NCBI GenBank assembly: GCA_002104905.1
Contig: MCFE01000079.1
Span: 1-64,000, forward strand
DNA length: 64,000 nt
Source: Basidiobolus meristosporus CBS 931.73
Lineage: Eukaryota; Fungi; Basidiobolomycota
Reading direction: 5' to 3'
A program made the position numbers and the translations under genes. Shown here in pieces: positions 47,801 through 59,379 of this stretch. Position 1 is the stretch's first letter, and each line of letters opens with the position of its first letter. The notes beneath the pieces were generated by a model. The model worked only from the letters and a program-made list of their open reading frames with translations, searched no databases and was not told the origin of the DNA.

Positions 47801-48370
47801 AGCCACAACATCACATCATTGACTGGTGGATGGATCACTGAGCTCACTTGACTCCATAATGTCTCCTTGCCATTTTTTTCTACAGGTGTTGTCTCATTGC
47901 ATTATGAGATTTTGCCAGGCTCATGCAGGATACTGTTGTCAAGAAAGATAGGCTCACAATCCATCAGTGAGCCTGCTTGTTAAGTGCTATTGCTCTGTAG
48001 GCCATATTAAGAAGGCAGGGGTGAGCCCAAAGATGTCACAAATTATCCTGACTCAGTTTGCACAAGGCAACAAGTATGGCCAGATGCCATTATAGAGGTA
48101 ACAAGTGGCCAGCAAGATATTGTTAGTACAGTAGTGACTGGGGAATGGTCAAACATGAACTGTGCGGCAAAACACTGGCCAGGATCCTTGTAATACTTCC
48201 TATGCTGTCTGCACGCTTCATGGCTGAAAGGCTTGCCACTATAGACACATGTTCTTTCTACTCCTCTCTTACAGCATTGAATCAAAGTAGTCTTGTCCAT
48301 GGGGCACACATTTTGACACTTAACAAAGTAATGCTATTATATCACTATTTGTCAATACTCATGACACTTT
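44854..48370 (-). mobile_element. Host DNA transposon copy A: decayed tnp2 (Transposase_21, CACTA/EnSpm-like) transposase region
   Basis: IALAPDGF..CWPLILINMNLPPILRY..N..PK.P..LYPLLDEF (47116-47694) and AHIIICIGDTAATIKIAGFSGHN..CCQMC (46859-47155); many stops and frameshifts; interrupted by foldback 1. Confidence 0.8.
45563..46296. mobile_element. Foldback (long-TIR, MITE-like) element 1: 344-bp arms + 46-nt loop, TSD AAT
   Basis: AAT|AGACTTGTTCC...GGAACAAGTCT|AAT; arms are reverse complements; loop at 45907-45952. Confidence 0.92.
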
Positions 48371-48379
48371 GAGACAGTC

Positions 48380-49800
48380 TTATATGTGAGACATTGCACT
48401 TACAGGAGTGTAAGAGTTAATGATGCCCACTCTAGTCAGCATTAAAAATAATGTTGTGGCACCACAAACACACATGTATGTAACACCATTCCCCCTTTGG
48501 TTTGACTTGCTTCCCCTTATATGGCTCCAAGAAATAAAGTATAGTTGTCTGGCTCCCAACCAAACCCTACTGCTGACAGCAGCAGAAGAATGGTTGGACA
48601 ACAGCTTGCTGTCATTCAGTGCAACAAGCAGGGCTACAACCAAAAAAGGCCCTGCAGACAGTTTGCCCACTGAAGGTAATAATGCAGACACCTCAGGCTC
48701 TCAGTCAATTAGGCAATTGGAAATCCCTGAACAGTTGCAAGCTGACCATATTGCTGAGGCAGGTGAAAATGTAGCAAAAGCAGTTGCTTCAGTTGAAGAG
48801 CAGCAAGTGGCTGTCACAACATCACTGCCACCTGTGTTACTAAGTATGTTGTCAGCTCATACCAAAGCATCAATAAGGCAATTAGGTGGAGTGGCTGATA
48901 GGACAGGTGTAATGGCCTGGAGAAATCAGGAAATAGTCCAGAAACAGGATGAGTAGATAAAAGGTGTCAAGCAGTTAATATTGCAGGTGGAAAAAGTAGT
49001 ATCTTTGCTGCAAAGAAGGAACTCAAGTAGCTCAGCATCACAGCCAAGAATTGAGCTATTTGCCAATGTAACAGCAGAGGAACACCATTGTAGTGGGGTC
49101 ACAGTGACATCCACTGACAGATGTGCTCATTCCCATATTTTTTACTTCCCAATTTTTCTACTACACTGATATTAGTTTTATCCTATTTGTCTTACTTAGG
49201 GGAAAAGCAGGCAGACACATATGCACCAGCACAACATATATCAAGGAAAAATGTAGCTCAACTCAAGAAGAACATTGTCAAAGCAGCAGTAAAGGACCAG
49301 GCAGTGACAAAAGCTGGCAGCTGCCTCAGGTGCCCATCATAGTATGGACTGAGATCTTGAAACCAGTGGGAAAGAAGCATAAGGTGGCCTGCAGAGTGCC
49401 AGTAAGGGACAAGCAGGCCAAAACAGATGCATCAGAGCAGCACTTATCAAAGAGAAAACTTAGGTCAATACAAGAAGCACTTAGACAAAGTAACAGTGAA
49501 AAAGCTGGCAGTGATAAAGGAAAAGGTAAAGGGGAAAAGTCTACCCAGGCCAGAGACAGGGAAGTGTGGGAATGAAGCTGCAGTTCTTGCCAATCAATGC
49601 CATAAGCCCAGAACAGACTGAATCCCATCATAGCCAAGAAGAATCACCAACAAGAAAATAGTTGTTTTCACAACAGTTGGAAGTGCTGTAGTGGGGTGAC
49701 AGTGACACCCACTGACAGAAGTGCTCATTCCCATATTTTCTACTTGCCTATATCTCTGCTACACTTATTTTAGTTTTATCCCATTTGTCTTACCTGATCA
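48380..49800 (+). mobile_element. Host element second-ORF region (plus strand, degenerate, internally duplicated)
   Basis: ORF fragments 48420-48956 and 49123-49575 are homologous to the minus-strand copies at 38800-39986, 44095-44853 and 54650-54900. Confidence 0.7.
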
Positions 49801-51508
49801 GCACTATCCTGTAAGCTGGTTGACTATCACACCTGCTTACCTTATTGCATAAGTTATCCCTCACTTTATGTAAGATTACTAGCTGTGAGTGCTTCTATAT
49901 TAGGCATATACCTGCGCCAGTACCCATGACACATGATCAACCTGTGTCACCATCCCTACCATCTTCATACCATATATGGTATCCCTATGTTACACAGGTT
50001 TCATAATACTGATTCCTGATTGGTGGGATGTGCTGTGCCTTTTAGAACCTTCTGGCACCTACTCTGAATACTCTTAGCTCATTCTGATGTTATTACAATT
50101 TCTATTGATCTCTGGAACCTTCTGGAACACCATGATTAGTAATTACTTAGCCACTGAGAAAAGTATACAAGGGAGGCTATCCCTCAACAATAAATCAGCA
50201 TCCCTTTTATCAATATTCTGACTTGTTGATTAGTGTGATCACTGCTACCTGCTGCTACCTGAACTTCCAACCCAAGACCACAGGACACTCCCAGGAAACT
50301 GCGCTGACAGCCAACTGACCTTGGAGGCACTACTTGTGAGGAATACTCAGAGTAGGTATCTTTTATTGTATTTGATTCTTCCCCCAGTTTGTTCTTATAC
50401 AGGCAAAGATACTTTTCTGTCTTTGTAACTATTGACCACAGCTGCATTCTTATCAAGTCCCTGCTGGTGGAGTTTACAGTTGTTTTGACTTTGGAAGCTT
50501 CAGTCCTTTGTCATCTCAAAGGATGCTGAACCTAGCACATACTTTTGTTCAGATGCCAACCAAGTTGGGGATTGTAGCACAATAGTTTTCCCTTGACAAG
50601 CTTGTGGCTTTATTCCCCATCACATTAGATTAGAGACAAACCCAAGTATTCCTAGCAAGCTTTTGCCAGAGGTTATTGCACCCAGTGAACACCCCACACA
50701 CAAAACACTTGAAAAGTGTTGGACGTATCTCTCCCTTGGACTTGTACACCACCACAGCTCAGTCAGTTGAGTTACATTCCAGTGAGGTAGATAAGTTTGC
50801 AGATAAAGGCAATTTGTCTACCCTGGCCTCCACATCCTCCATTGTTGACAGAGTGAAGATCCCTCTGACAGACAAAGTAGCAATATCAAGAACTCAAATG
50901 GTCATCACAATGCCTTTGGTGGAATTCTGGAACATTAATAGGCACAACAAGGAGTTACAACACTTCTTCAAGAGCAGTGCTCAAGAAAATGCACTTGAAT
51001 ATTGCAAGGCTTTATTGCAAAGACTGGTAGAGGAGGAGCTAGACCTTGCAGTACTGGCTGAAAGCCAGGTCACATAGGAACCAGTGGATGAACAGTGGCA
51101 TAGAGCTGTAGGGTTTCCACCAAAGATGTGCAAACAGAGCATTACAGCAAAAGATACTTATTGGGTGGTGGATTTTAATGGAGATGCTTGTTCAGTGTTG
51201 GGTTGGGCTTAATGTTAGTGTAGGTTATAGGGACTTATATAGGCCAATGCAATTGGCATTGAGGTACAACTGAAGTTTCAATGGATATAAATCAATTTGT
51301 ATACATGAAACATAGAGTAATCATTAGATTTGTTCTGTTGGATAGTGCCACATAGTGCCAGCCTGTTTATGGTGCCGGATCAATCTGGCACTCTACGGCA
51401 CTATCTGGCACTATAATTTCTGCCATGATGCCAGTGGTATGATACAGTTACTGGTAATTTTACTCAATCTTACTTATGTTGCTCAGAATAGTGCTTTCCT
51501 TGCTTTAT

Positions 51509-52021
51509 TTACTCTTCATATTGCTCCAGACACATTTCTCTCAGTGGATGTCTTCTTGTGTGAACACACTGTGCATTAATAAGTATCTTAACTATTTTAC
51601 CTATTCTGCTGTTATCTCCTATATATGACTTTCCTCTGTATTTACCTGCCAATATGCTGAATCTCTTCAGATATCCAAATGTGTGCTCTACCCTTACTCT
51701 GAAATGATTAAATATCTCATTGTAGAGCTTCTGCTTCCTGCTAAGCACACCATTCCTTGGCTTCCTATAAGCTGTAATACATCCTAATCTCTGACAATCC
51801 TCTCCTATATAGGCTAAGTCTGCCATACATTTCTCCCTTCTACTGAATTCAGGATGATTCTCTACCCAGAGTGCTTTGTCATGCCTACTTCCAGCAAATG
51901 GCCCACTAAACCAGATGATGTTACCCTCAATGTCAGACAGTGCTTGAAACTTCACACAGTGTGCCTTGTACTTGCCAGAATAAAAGTGCCTCTGCCCTCT
52001 AGAAGGTCTGTTAATCCTCAC
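51509..52021 (-). CDS. DDE_Tnp_4-type transposase, C-terminal catalytic part (open for 170 codons; 5' part unresolved, probably in 52030-52330)
   Basis: RP....HFYSGKYKAHCVKFQ, GSRHD, ADLAYIG, YNEIFNHFRVRVEHTFGYLKRFSIL: IS5/ISL2/Harbinger-like catalytic motifs. Confidence 0.85.
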   Translation of the reverse strand: MRINRPSRGQRHFYSGKYKAHCVKFQALSDIEGNIIWFSGPFAGSRHDKALWVENHPEFSRREKCMADLAYIGEDCQRLGCITAYRKPRNGVLSRKQKLYNEIFNHFRVRVEHTFGYLKRFSILAGKYRGKSYIGDNSRIGKIVKILINAQCVHTRRHPLREMCLEQYEE

Positions 52022-52456
52022 TGGGAAGGTATGTGGTTTGAATTGATTTGGTGCAATCTGTGTTATTTATCTGATTTTTAATACATTATGGTTAAATCTC
52101 CATCAATTGCCATGTATCCCATCATTATGTTGCAAAAATCATCCGCAAACAATGCCTTGGTACTTTTATTGATGCTTTAATCATAGGTCTATAATCAAAT
52201 AGGAAATCTGCGATTGATGTGATCTGATCCATGTCAACGTGATCCAAGATGCATCATGCATAATATATGGAAAATTCAACAATCACATTAGTTTTCATAT
52301 ATATTTCATATAAGACCAGGTTAATGCCAATATACTGCTTTATAAGTATCCAAATCCATTGCTATGGTCCCCATACCAAGCCTCAACTCATCTTTAGTAC
52401 AACCCAGACAAAACCCATCCCCCAGCTCACAGGTGCAGTCCGGACCAAAGAAGTTG

Positions 52457-53239
52457 ATGTTGGATCCGTTTGAGTTCTTGCCAAATGATTTTAGTATGGC
52501 CCAAGTGTCTATGATGAGCCTTCATACAGATATTTGGGCACTACTGATTAATTTAGCAGAACTAGATACCTCAGAGAGTCAACAAAGATGGAAGAATTTG
52601 AGTAGAAAGCTGTGGCATGAGTTCTACATCAAGATGCCAGCCAATGTATGTAAAAGGATATATAACAAGACAAGTATTGAAATCAAGAATGAGCTGAGAG
52701 TGAGGGGATTTGACAAAGAAGCCACACGGGAACAATTTCTTGTGCAATTTGCACAGTACAGGCTGGATGCGTCTGTTTGTGCCTCAACTTTGGGAACCAA
52801 AGAGATTTTGAATGAGTTTTTGCCTCAAATGACTAATGTACTACATGATATATTAGTAGAGCTAAGTGGCTTCCAAGAGCAATATACACAGGACTCATCC
52901 AGGCAACAGCTCCAAAGTATCAGACAGAGGGTAAGTGAATACCTTGAGGAATCAGATGGTGAGCTTCAGGAGGAAGAATACAGACTGCAAGCAACATTGT
53001 CCAGATTGTGCCAGCACGCCTTGCTGGATTCCCTACCATCTCATGCAACCACAGCGCGCCGGTGCATGTCAGTCCAGACCGCACCAACACCCTTCACCAG
53101 AACGCCCCACGTCAAGTCAATGCGTGTCGGGTCAACACGTGTGCTTCAGAGCAAAACTACAAGAACTTGCCAAACTGCTCATTTAGAAACAAGTCCATTG
53201 GAGCGGACCAAGTTGCGTCAACATGCGGCATCACATTGA
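52457..53239 (+). CDS. Second ORF of the PHIS-like element (unknown function; may continue in 53261-53611)
   Basis: 260-codon open frame inside the TIRs, divergent from the transposase. EIKNELRVRGF resembles a SAP-like helix; coiled-coil region follows. Confidence 0.6.
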   Translation: MLDPFEFLPNDFSMAQVSMMSLHTDIWALLINLAELDTSESQQRWKNLSRKLWHEFYIKMPANVCKRIYNKTSIEIKNELRVRGFDKEATREQFLVQFAQYRLDASVCASTLGTKEILNEFLPQMTNVLHDILVELSGFQEQYTQDSSRQQLQSIRQRVSEYLEESDGELQEEEYRLQATLSRLCQHALLDSLPSHATTARRCMSVQTAPTPFTRTPHVKSMRVGSTRVLQSKTTRTCQTAHLETSPLERTKLRQHAASH

Positions 53240-54649
53240 ACTCAGCCAAGGGCCATCTCAATGCATCAAGGCGCACATGCGCGTGCCGTTTTGCCTGACC
53301 ATCAGCAAGTTACTTCTGGTGAACTGACTGATGATGACCAACATGAAGTGCCTCAACCACCAGAGCCCTTAGCAAGTAAAAGAATGCGTCAGCGCGTGGC
53401 ACTACAGGCTGGTTCAGTTGGTTCAGTTGGAGCGTTTCAGCATGGCCAAGCTGCAGCATCATACTCATCAACTAGGAGGCAAAATACTGACTACAAATAC
53501 ACAAGTAGCCAAGATGATAGTCAGCCAGGAAGTAGTATAGGTGTGCAACGTGAGTCACTACCAAATGCTTCAGTAGTAATCCCTGTGAGAAAAAAACCCA
53601 GGAGAAGATGATGCGATTGCTTTGAATTGCTCACATTTGTAATGATCCTGACAACCCTTTTTTTTTGCGATCCAAATCAAGCCATTGCAAATCAGTGATC
53701 ATCAAATTTTTGATATAAGTAATATCAAGGTCGTCTCACATTTGAGACAGAACCCCTATAAATAAACACCCTGCATATATATACGTCATCTGTAATACCA
53801 GTGCAGCTAATGGATCTGTTTTGCACCTACACAATTGCTTGCGTGCTAGCTATGACACCTTGTCCAATCACTAGGATCAGGGATTTACTTGCTCAATGGG
53901 CAAAATTGGATATTTGATGGCAAATCAGGTAGCTTTTTCAGTAGTCAATGAGCCAATTGGGGGCTGCCAGCTTCAGGATACTTTTGGACTAATTAACCAC
54001 TGAGATACTGTCCAATTGGAGTGAGGGTAACCAAAATGGTAAGTATCTGTGTAGTTTATAGTGTGATAAACATTTATTTTCATTTACATTACAGAAACAT
54101 ATCCAAATACCGGATTTTACCTGCCATTATAGCGGTATCTGATTGCGCACGTGATGCAAACATTATGAGTTGGCGCAATCATCCGTGCCAACCTCATTGT
54201 GTCAGATTGTGCCATAGTGTGCAAGATTGTCCCGCATAGTGCAAAATTGTCCAAGAACAATCCTGCCTTCTGGTAGCTATAATATTGCGCCTGATTGTTC
54301 TTTACAACCGCGGATTGCACCGCGCACCCTGGCACGGTACAATGGAACAAGTCTATTGAGTCAGGTAATAAGGAGTATGAAAAAAAGGAAATAGCCAATG
54401 AATGCACACAAATACAGGAGGTGATAGAGTGTCCAGGGTCTGAAAGTGAGAGAATTGGCAGAAAACCAATCCAAAGCCACTTTTGTATTGTTGTGATGAA
54501 AAGTTTTAACAAAGTTTTTTTTGTGAAATCAGTGGTGCAATTATTTTTTGACAGTCTTTGCCTGGTGTTGTGATGAAATCATCACCTCTTAGATAGAGGA
54601 CTTAGAATCTGTGATGGTCTTTTGATGCAATCATCACAATATTTTTTTG

Positions 54650-56100
54650 TAGGGCCAAGCTAGCTGCTGTCCCACCATTCTTCTGCTGCTGTCAGTGGTA
54701 TGTTTAGTTGGGAACCAGACAGCTTTACATTATTTTCTGGCAGCATATATATGGGAGTGAGTCAAACCAATGGGGAAATGGTGCTACATACATGTGTGCT
54801 TGTGGTGCAACAACATTATTTATAAGGCATACTATGGCAGGTCATCATTGAATCTTACACTCATGTAAGTGCAATGTCTCAAATACAAGACTGTCTCAAA
54901 GTGGCATGAGTATTGACAAATAGTGATATAATAGTGTTACTCTGTTGAGTGTCAAACTGTGCACCCCATAGACAAGACCACCTGTGTTGAGCACCATAAG
55001 AGACAAGAAAAAAGGCCACGCGGCTATTGTAGCAAGCAACTCAGCTATGAAGCACACAGACAGCATAGGAAGCTTTACAAGGATCACAGAAACTGTTTTG
55101 TTGCAACAGTCATATTTGTCTATTCATCAGTTTAGTCAAGTGAGCCTAGCAATCCATCTCCCAGTCAATGACATGAAGTTGTGGCTGGAGAAGTTGCATG
55201 CTTCCACTTGTATCAGTAAGGGGGGCTTTGAGTATTTTCTACTACTTCTTGCAAATGTTATCCTGGGTTGCAACTTACCATGTAAATGCTGTAATTGAGC
55301 AACAAAAATGCAGCTGGCAACATATAACCCAGGGACCATGTTGATAACAACATGTGTTATCAATTGCATGGCATTCACACCAGAAAATGCCACCATTGCA
55401 AGGTTTCCAACTTGTCAGGAATCCACCACCATTGGGGAAGCAATTGTTCACATTCCAGATATATTCCAGTATAACCTTGTCTAAAGAAGCCTATGTAGTC
55501 TGACAAACATTGTGAACTATAAGGTGTCTCACTCAGTATCAATCCAGCGCAACCATGCCCAATGTATTTGATTGCAAGCATTATAAACAGCTAAAGAGCA
55601 AGGTCTCTTTTGAAGGTGTGCATGACCATGTCTCTGCCTTGGCACCTAATGGACTCTCATTTAACAATTACACTACCAACAAATCCTGCAGGCTACTGAT
55701 TCTCATTAACCTGAATCTGCCTCCTATCTTGTGGTATTAGAGCAGAAATCAGATGGCAGTTTCATAGGTATCTGGGCCTAAATCACAGTCCAATCTGGAT
55801 ACCTATCAGAATCCATTCCTGGAAGAATTTTGTACACTTTCCAGCAAAATAATGGCATATAGCCATCACGTCAAAGTGTGTAGTGCTATCTGCATCAAAA
55901 CACCCCAGCCACCCACAAGATGGCTCACTGTTCTGGGCATAATTACCAGTATTGCTGTTGAATGTGAGACATATAGGGGATTTACTCCATAACTCACACA
56001 TATAATTATTACCCAAACACCAGCACTAAGAACACAAACTTCCCACAGAAAGAATGTACAGAAGTCAGCATGCAATTGCAACAATGATGGCTAGCTGTTA
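54650..56100 (+). mobile_element. Host DNA transposon copy B (tnp2 transposase remnant, plus strand)
   Basis: 55555-55740 SALAPNGLSF..LILINLNLPPILWY is homologous to 47116-47694; 54650-55100 is the reverse complement of ~48100-48620. Confidence 0.75.
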
Positions 56101-56427
56101 GCATTGACTGGAATATGGAACTAACTGTCAAAAACTAGATAATTTGGTATCATTCAGCAGATAAAAATTTACTTAACAATTCCGGACAAGTCTTGGTCAC
56201 TGTGGGACTGATTTAAAGCCCTAACTTTGCCACTTCCTTCAGATCTATCATCCTACAATTATTCACCTATAGTTAAGATCAAATTAGCACTTTAACCAAG
56301 CATTGTGTACTAACCCTGCAATGGCTACGGAATGCTTCTCAATGTTGAGAAGCCCTCCTTACTTAGTGTCATAGTTGTATTACTTCTACAAAGGTATAAA
56401 TACTAAGCTTCTTTATGAATAAACAAC

Positions 56428-59322
56428 AGTTCACCCTATGAGAAATTATTGAGATGATCCTGTTAAAGGCTGTCACAAAGTCAAAGTCCTGTGACTAAGA
56501 GGTGCTGCTTTGATTGGCAATTGCTTCTTTTTCACACGCCTTACTTCCTGATGCAACCCTTTCTCTTACTTTTCATGCACACAAATTGGTTTATTTCCAT
56601 TGCAACTTCAGTTTTACCTAAATTGCCAATTGTATTGACCTATTCAAGTCCCTATACCTTACACTAACATTAAGCCCAACCCTGCACTCAACAAGCAACT
56701 CCATTAAAATCCACCACTTGATAAGTATTTCTGCTGTAACACTCTGGTTCCACAACTTTGGCCGGAATCCAGCAGATTTATGCCACTGTTCACTCACTGG
56801 TTCCCACATGTTCTGGTCTTTAGCCAGTACTGCAAGGTCTAGCACCTCATCAAGTCTTTGCAATAAATCCTTGCAAAATTCCAGTGCATTTTCTTGAACA
56901 CTGCTCTTGAAGAAGTGCTGCTACCGCTTGGTATGTCTATTAATGTTCCAAAATTCCACTGAAGGCATTATGATAGTCTTTTGAGCTCTTGACATTGTAG
57001 CCTTGTCTGTCAGTGGGATCTCCACTCTGTCAACAATGGAGGATGTGGTAGACAAATTGCCACTATAAACAGTGTTGCTGTCAAATGTGTGAGATCCAGG
57101 TGATTTGCTTCATATCTCACACACATAATTAATACCCAAACACCAGCACTCTCAACATTATCTTTCCACAGAGAGAGCATACAGAAGTCAGCATGCAATT
57201 GCAGCAAATTTGGCAAGCTATAAGCCATTGGCCAGAATATGGAATCACTTGGAAACAGGTGATACTTAAGATAGAGGGATCTCTTGGTGCAAAATCTTTC
57301 CACTGGGTGCAACACATTTGCTTTTTGACAATATCCCTATACTGATGACCAGGTTGTACAGGCAGCATTTCAAGCTAAATGAGCCCTTTGAGATACTGGA
57401 GAAATTTCAAAGAATTGGCAAGATATTTCAGAGTATCTGCTGCCCTAAGTACTTCTCAAGGGCTCCAATGAATATTGATATGCATCAAGAATATTACCTT
57501 TAAGTCTGTCATAGATGTGATGAGTTGGCACATGGAGGACAGCCAGGAAGACTTGGAAAATACTGAGGACAAATGTGCACATGGAGACACCAATGCCTAT
57601 GGCATTAAGAAGCTAAGCAGCCCCAATACGTAGGTAATTAGTTAAGTAATGCAAAGTTGCGTTGGGTGCAACAAGCAGCTGATTTTTATTAGGAAAACTC
57701 TAGTAAGAAATGCCAGATTTCTCATGGTCACAAGTCAACATCTACACCATTCAATATGGGATTCACTCAAACAAAAGCCAGTATGCATCTATAAGGGGGA
57801 CTAGAATCCAGCAGGAAGAAGGAATATATTGGTCAAATACCAAGAAGTTCTTTGCGGATATTCAGGAGGTATTCAGGGCAGAAGTGGTGCCAACAAAGTG
57901 TGTGTTTTCAAGATGTATATGTCTCCAGCAGTACAATATATATAGCAACTTTGCAAGTATCACACAAAAAGCCTGTAAAGTTGAGGTGATACAAGTATGT
58001 CAATTGTGACAGGTGTGAACATTTGTAGAGGTTGGTAAGCAGGAGGCCATAGTTTTTTTGATTTGAGGTATATGTGGAATACCCAAGGTAGTGGTGGGTA
58101 AGCAAATAAAGAGGGGTGATTCTACAGTGGAATATGTACATTGCACAAAGAGAGGTAGATAAAAGAAGCACCATTTGGTAAATTGGTATTATAGGATTAT
58201 ACAGAACCAGCTGTAGTCCACCATACTGCCAATATATTAGACTTGTTCTGTTAGATAGTGCCACATTGAGCCATGAGTGCCAAATGATGCCATAGAGTGC
58301 CAGAGCAGCCAAGTGAGCCTATACTTGGCCACAGAGTGTGAAACATAGATCTGCATTATCATGCAAAGCATCCCCTGTGTTTCACCTATGATGCAGGAGA
58401 ATATCCATTTTCTGATGTTTTTTTGTGGATCAATATTGTGCAGGATGTGCAAGAGCACTAAAGGATTGAAGATTTGCATCTGGTACTTAATACCCATGGC
58501 ACTCTGAATCTAGCTCCTATGGCTTGTAACATGTCATAAAAATGCATGGCACTATCTTGGTCCACTGGTACTATCTGGCACTGTATTTAATTATTAGCCC
58601 TAAAGTAAGATCTATACAAAGCAATTATAGTGCCAGATAGTACCAGTGGACCAAGATAGTGCCATGCATTTTTATGACATGTTACAAGCCATAGGAGCTA
58701 GATTCAGAGTGCCATGGGTATTGAGTACCAGATGCAAATCTTCAGTCCTTTAGTGCTCCTGCGCACCCTGTACAACATTGATCTAAAAAAAAAGGTCAAA
58801 AAATGGATTTTCTCCATCACAATGAGTGAAACACTGGGGCTGCTTTGCATGATGATGCAGATCTATGTTTCATACTCTGTGGCCAAGTATAAGCTCACAT
58901 GGCCTCTCTGGCACTCTATGGCATCATTTGGCACTCATGGCTCAATATGGCGCTATCCAACAGAACAAGTCTAATGTCATCAAAGTCTTGCTTTGAAGCC
59001 ATCAAATTACCGTCAAGTGTCATGCCATTAAGGCAATTGGATGTCCTGGCTGGGTGGATCCATTTAAAATAGTTGTAGAGCATTAAAATATTGCAACAAT
59101 ACCATGCAACTAATGTCACAGCACCAATTAAATGTTGTCAAGTTTTATCCCTTTATTTGGTGAGAAAATTGGCAAAACACCATTGTGCTCTTGTCTTAAG
59201 ATTGCAACAAGGGACACTAATTCCAAGTTGCTGGTATTATGATGGTCTCTAAATAGGATCCTGACAGCTGATCCAAATTGGATTTACCCATGGGACCAAA
59301 TTATTTTTCATAGGGTTCAACT
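56428..59322 (+). mobile_element. Host DNA transposon copy C (internally deleted; carries foldback 2)
   Basis: 57050-57520 is homologous to the copy A transposase 3' part; 56500-57050 is the reverse complement of 50790-51320. Possible short TIRs AGTTCACCCTATGAGAAATT / AATTATTTTTCATAGGGTTCAACT. Confidence 0.65.
58239..58972. mobile_element. Foldback element 2: 734 bp, 344-bp arms + 46-nt loop
   Basis: ATT|AGACTTGTTCTG...CAGAACAAGTCT|AAT; loop at 58583-58628; at least 84 bp of the inner arms are perfectly complementary. Confidence 0.92.
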
Positions 59323-59379
59323 ATTATCATTATTACTTGATATATTCCCTCCATCCAAAACATTTCTCAAATTGCAGCA

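Larger units (their letters stand above)
51326..54354. mobile_element. 3029-bp PHIS-type (PIF/Harbinger-ISL2EU-like) DNA transposon with two divergent ORFs, TSD ATT
   Basis: ATT|AGATTTGTTCTGTTGGATAGTGCC...GGCACGGTACAATGGAACAAGTCT|ATT; subterminal GGCAC/GTGCC clusters. The joined flanks align with the uninterrupted host paralog at ~56510-56700 (reverse complement). Confidence 0.88.

Noticed and set aside
49869-50189. TG...CA-bounded segment as a solo LTR
   Set aside because: Flanks (CTTTA/ATAAA) are not a direct TSD and no partner copy was seen.
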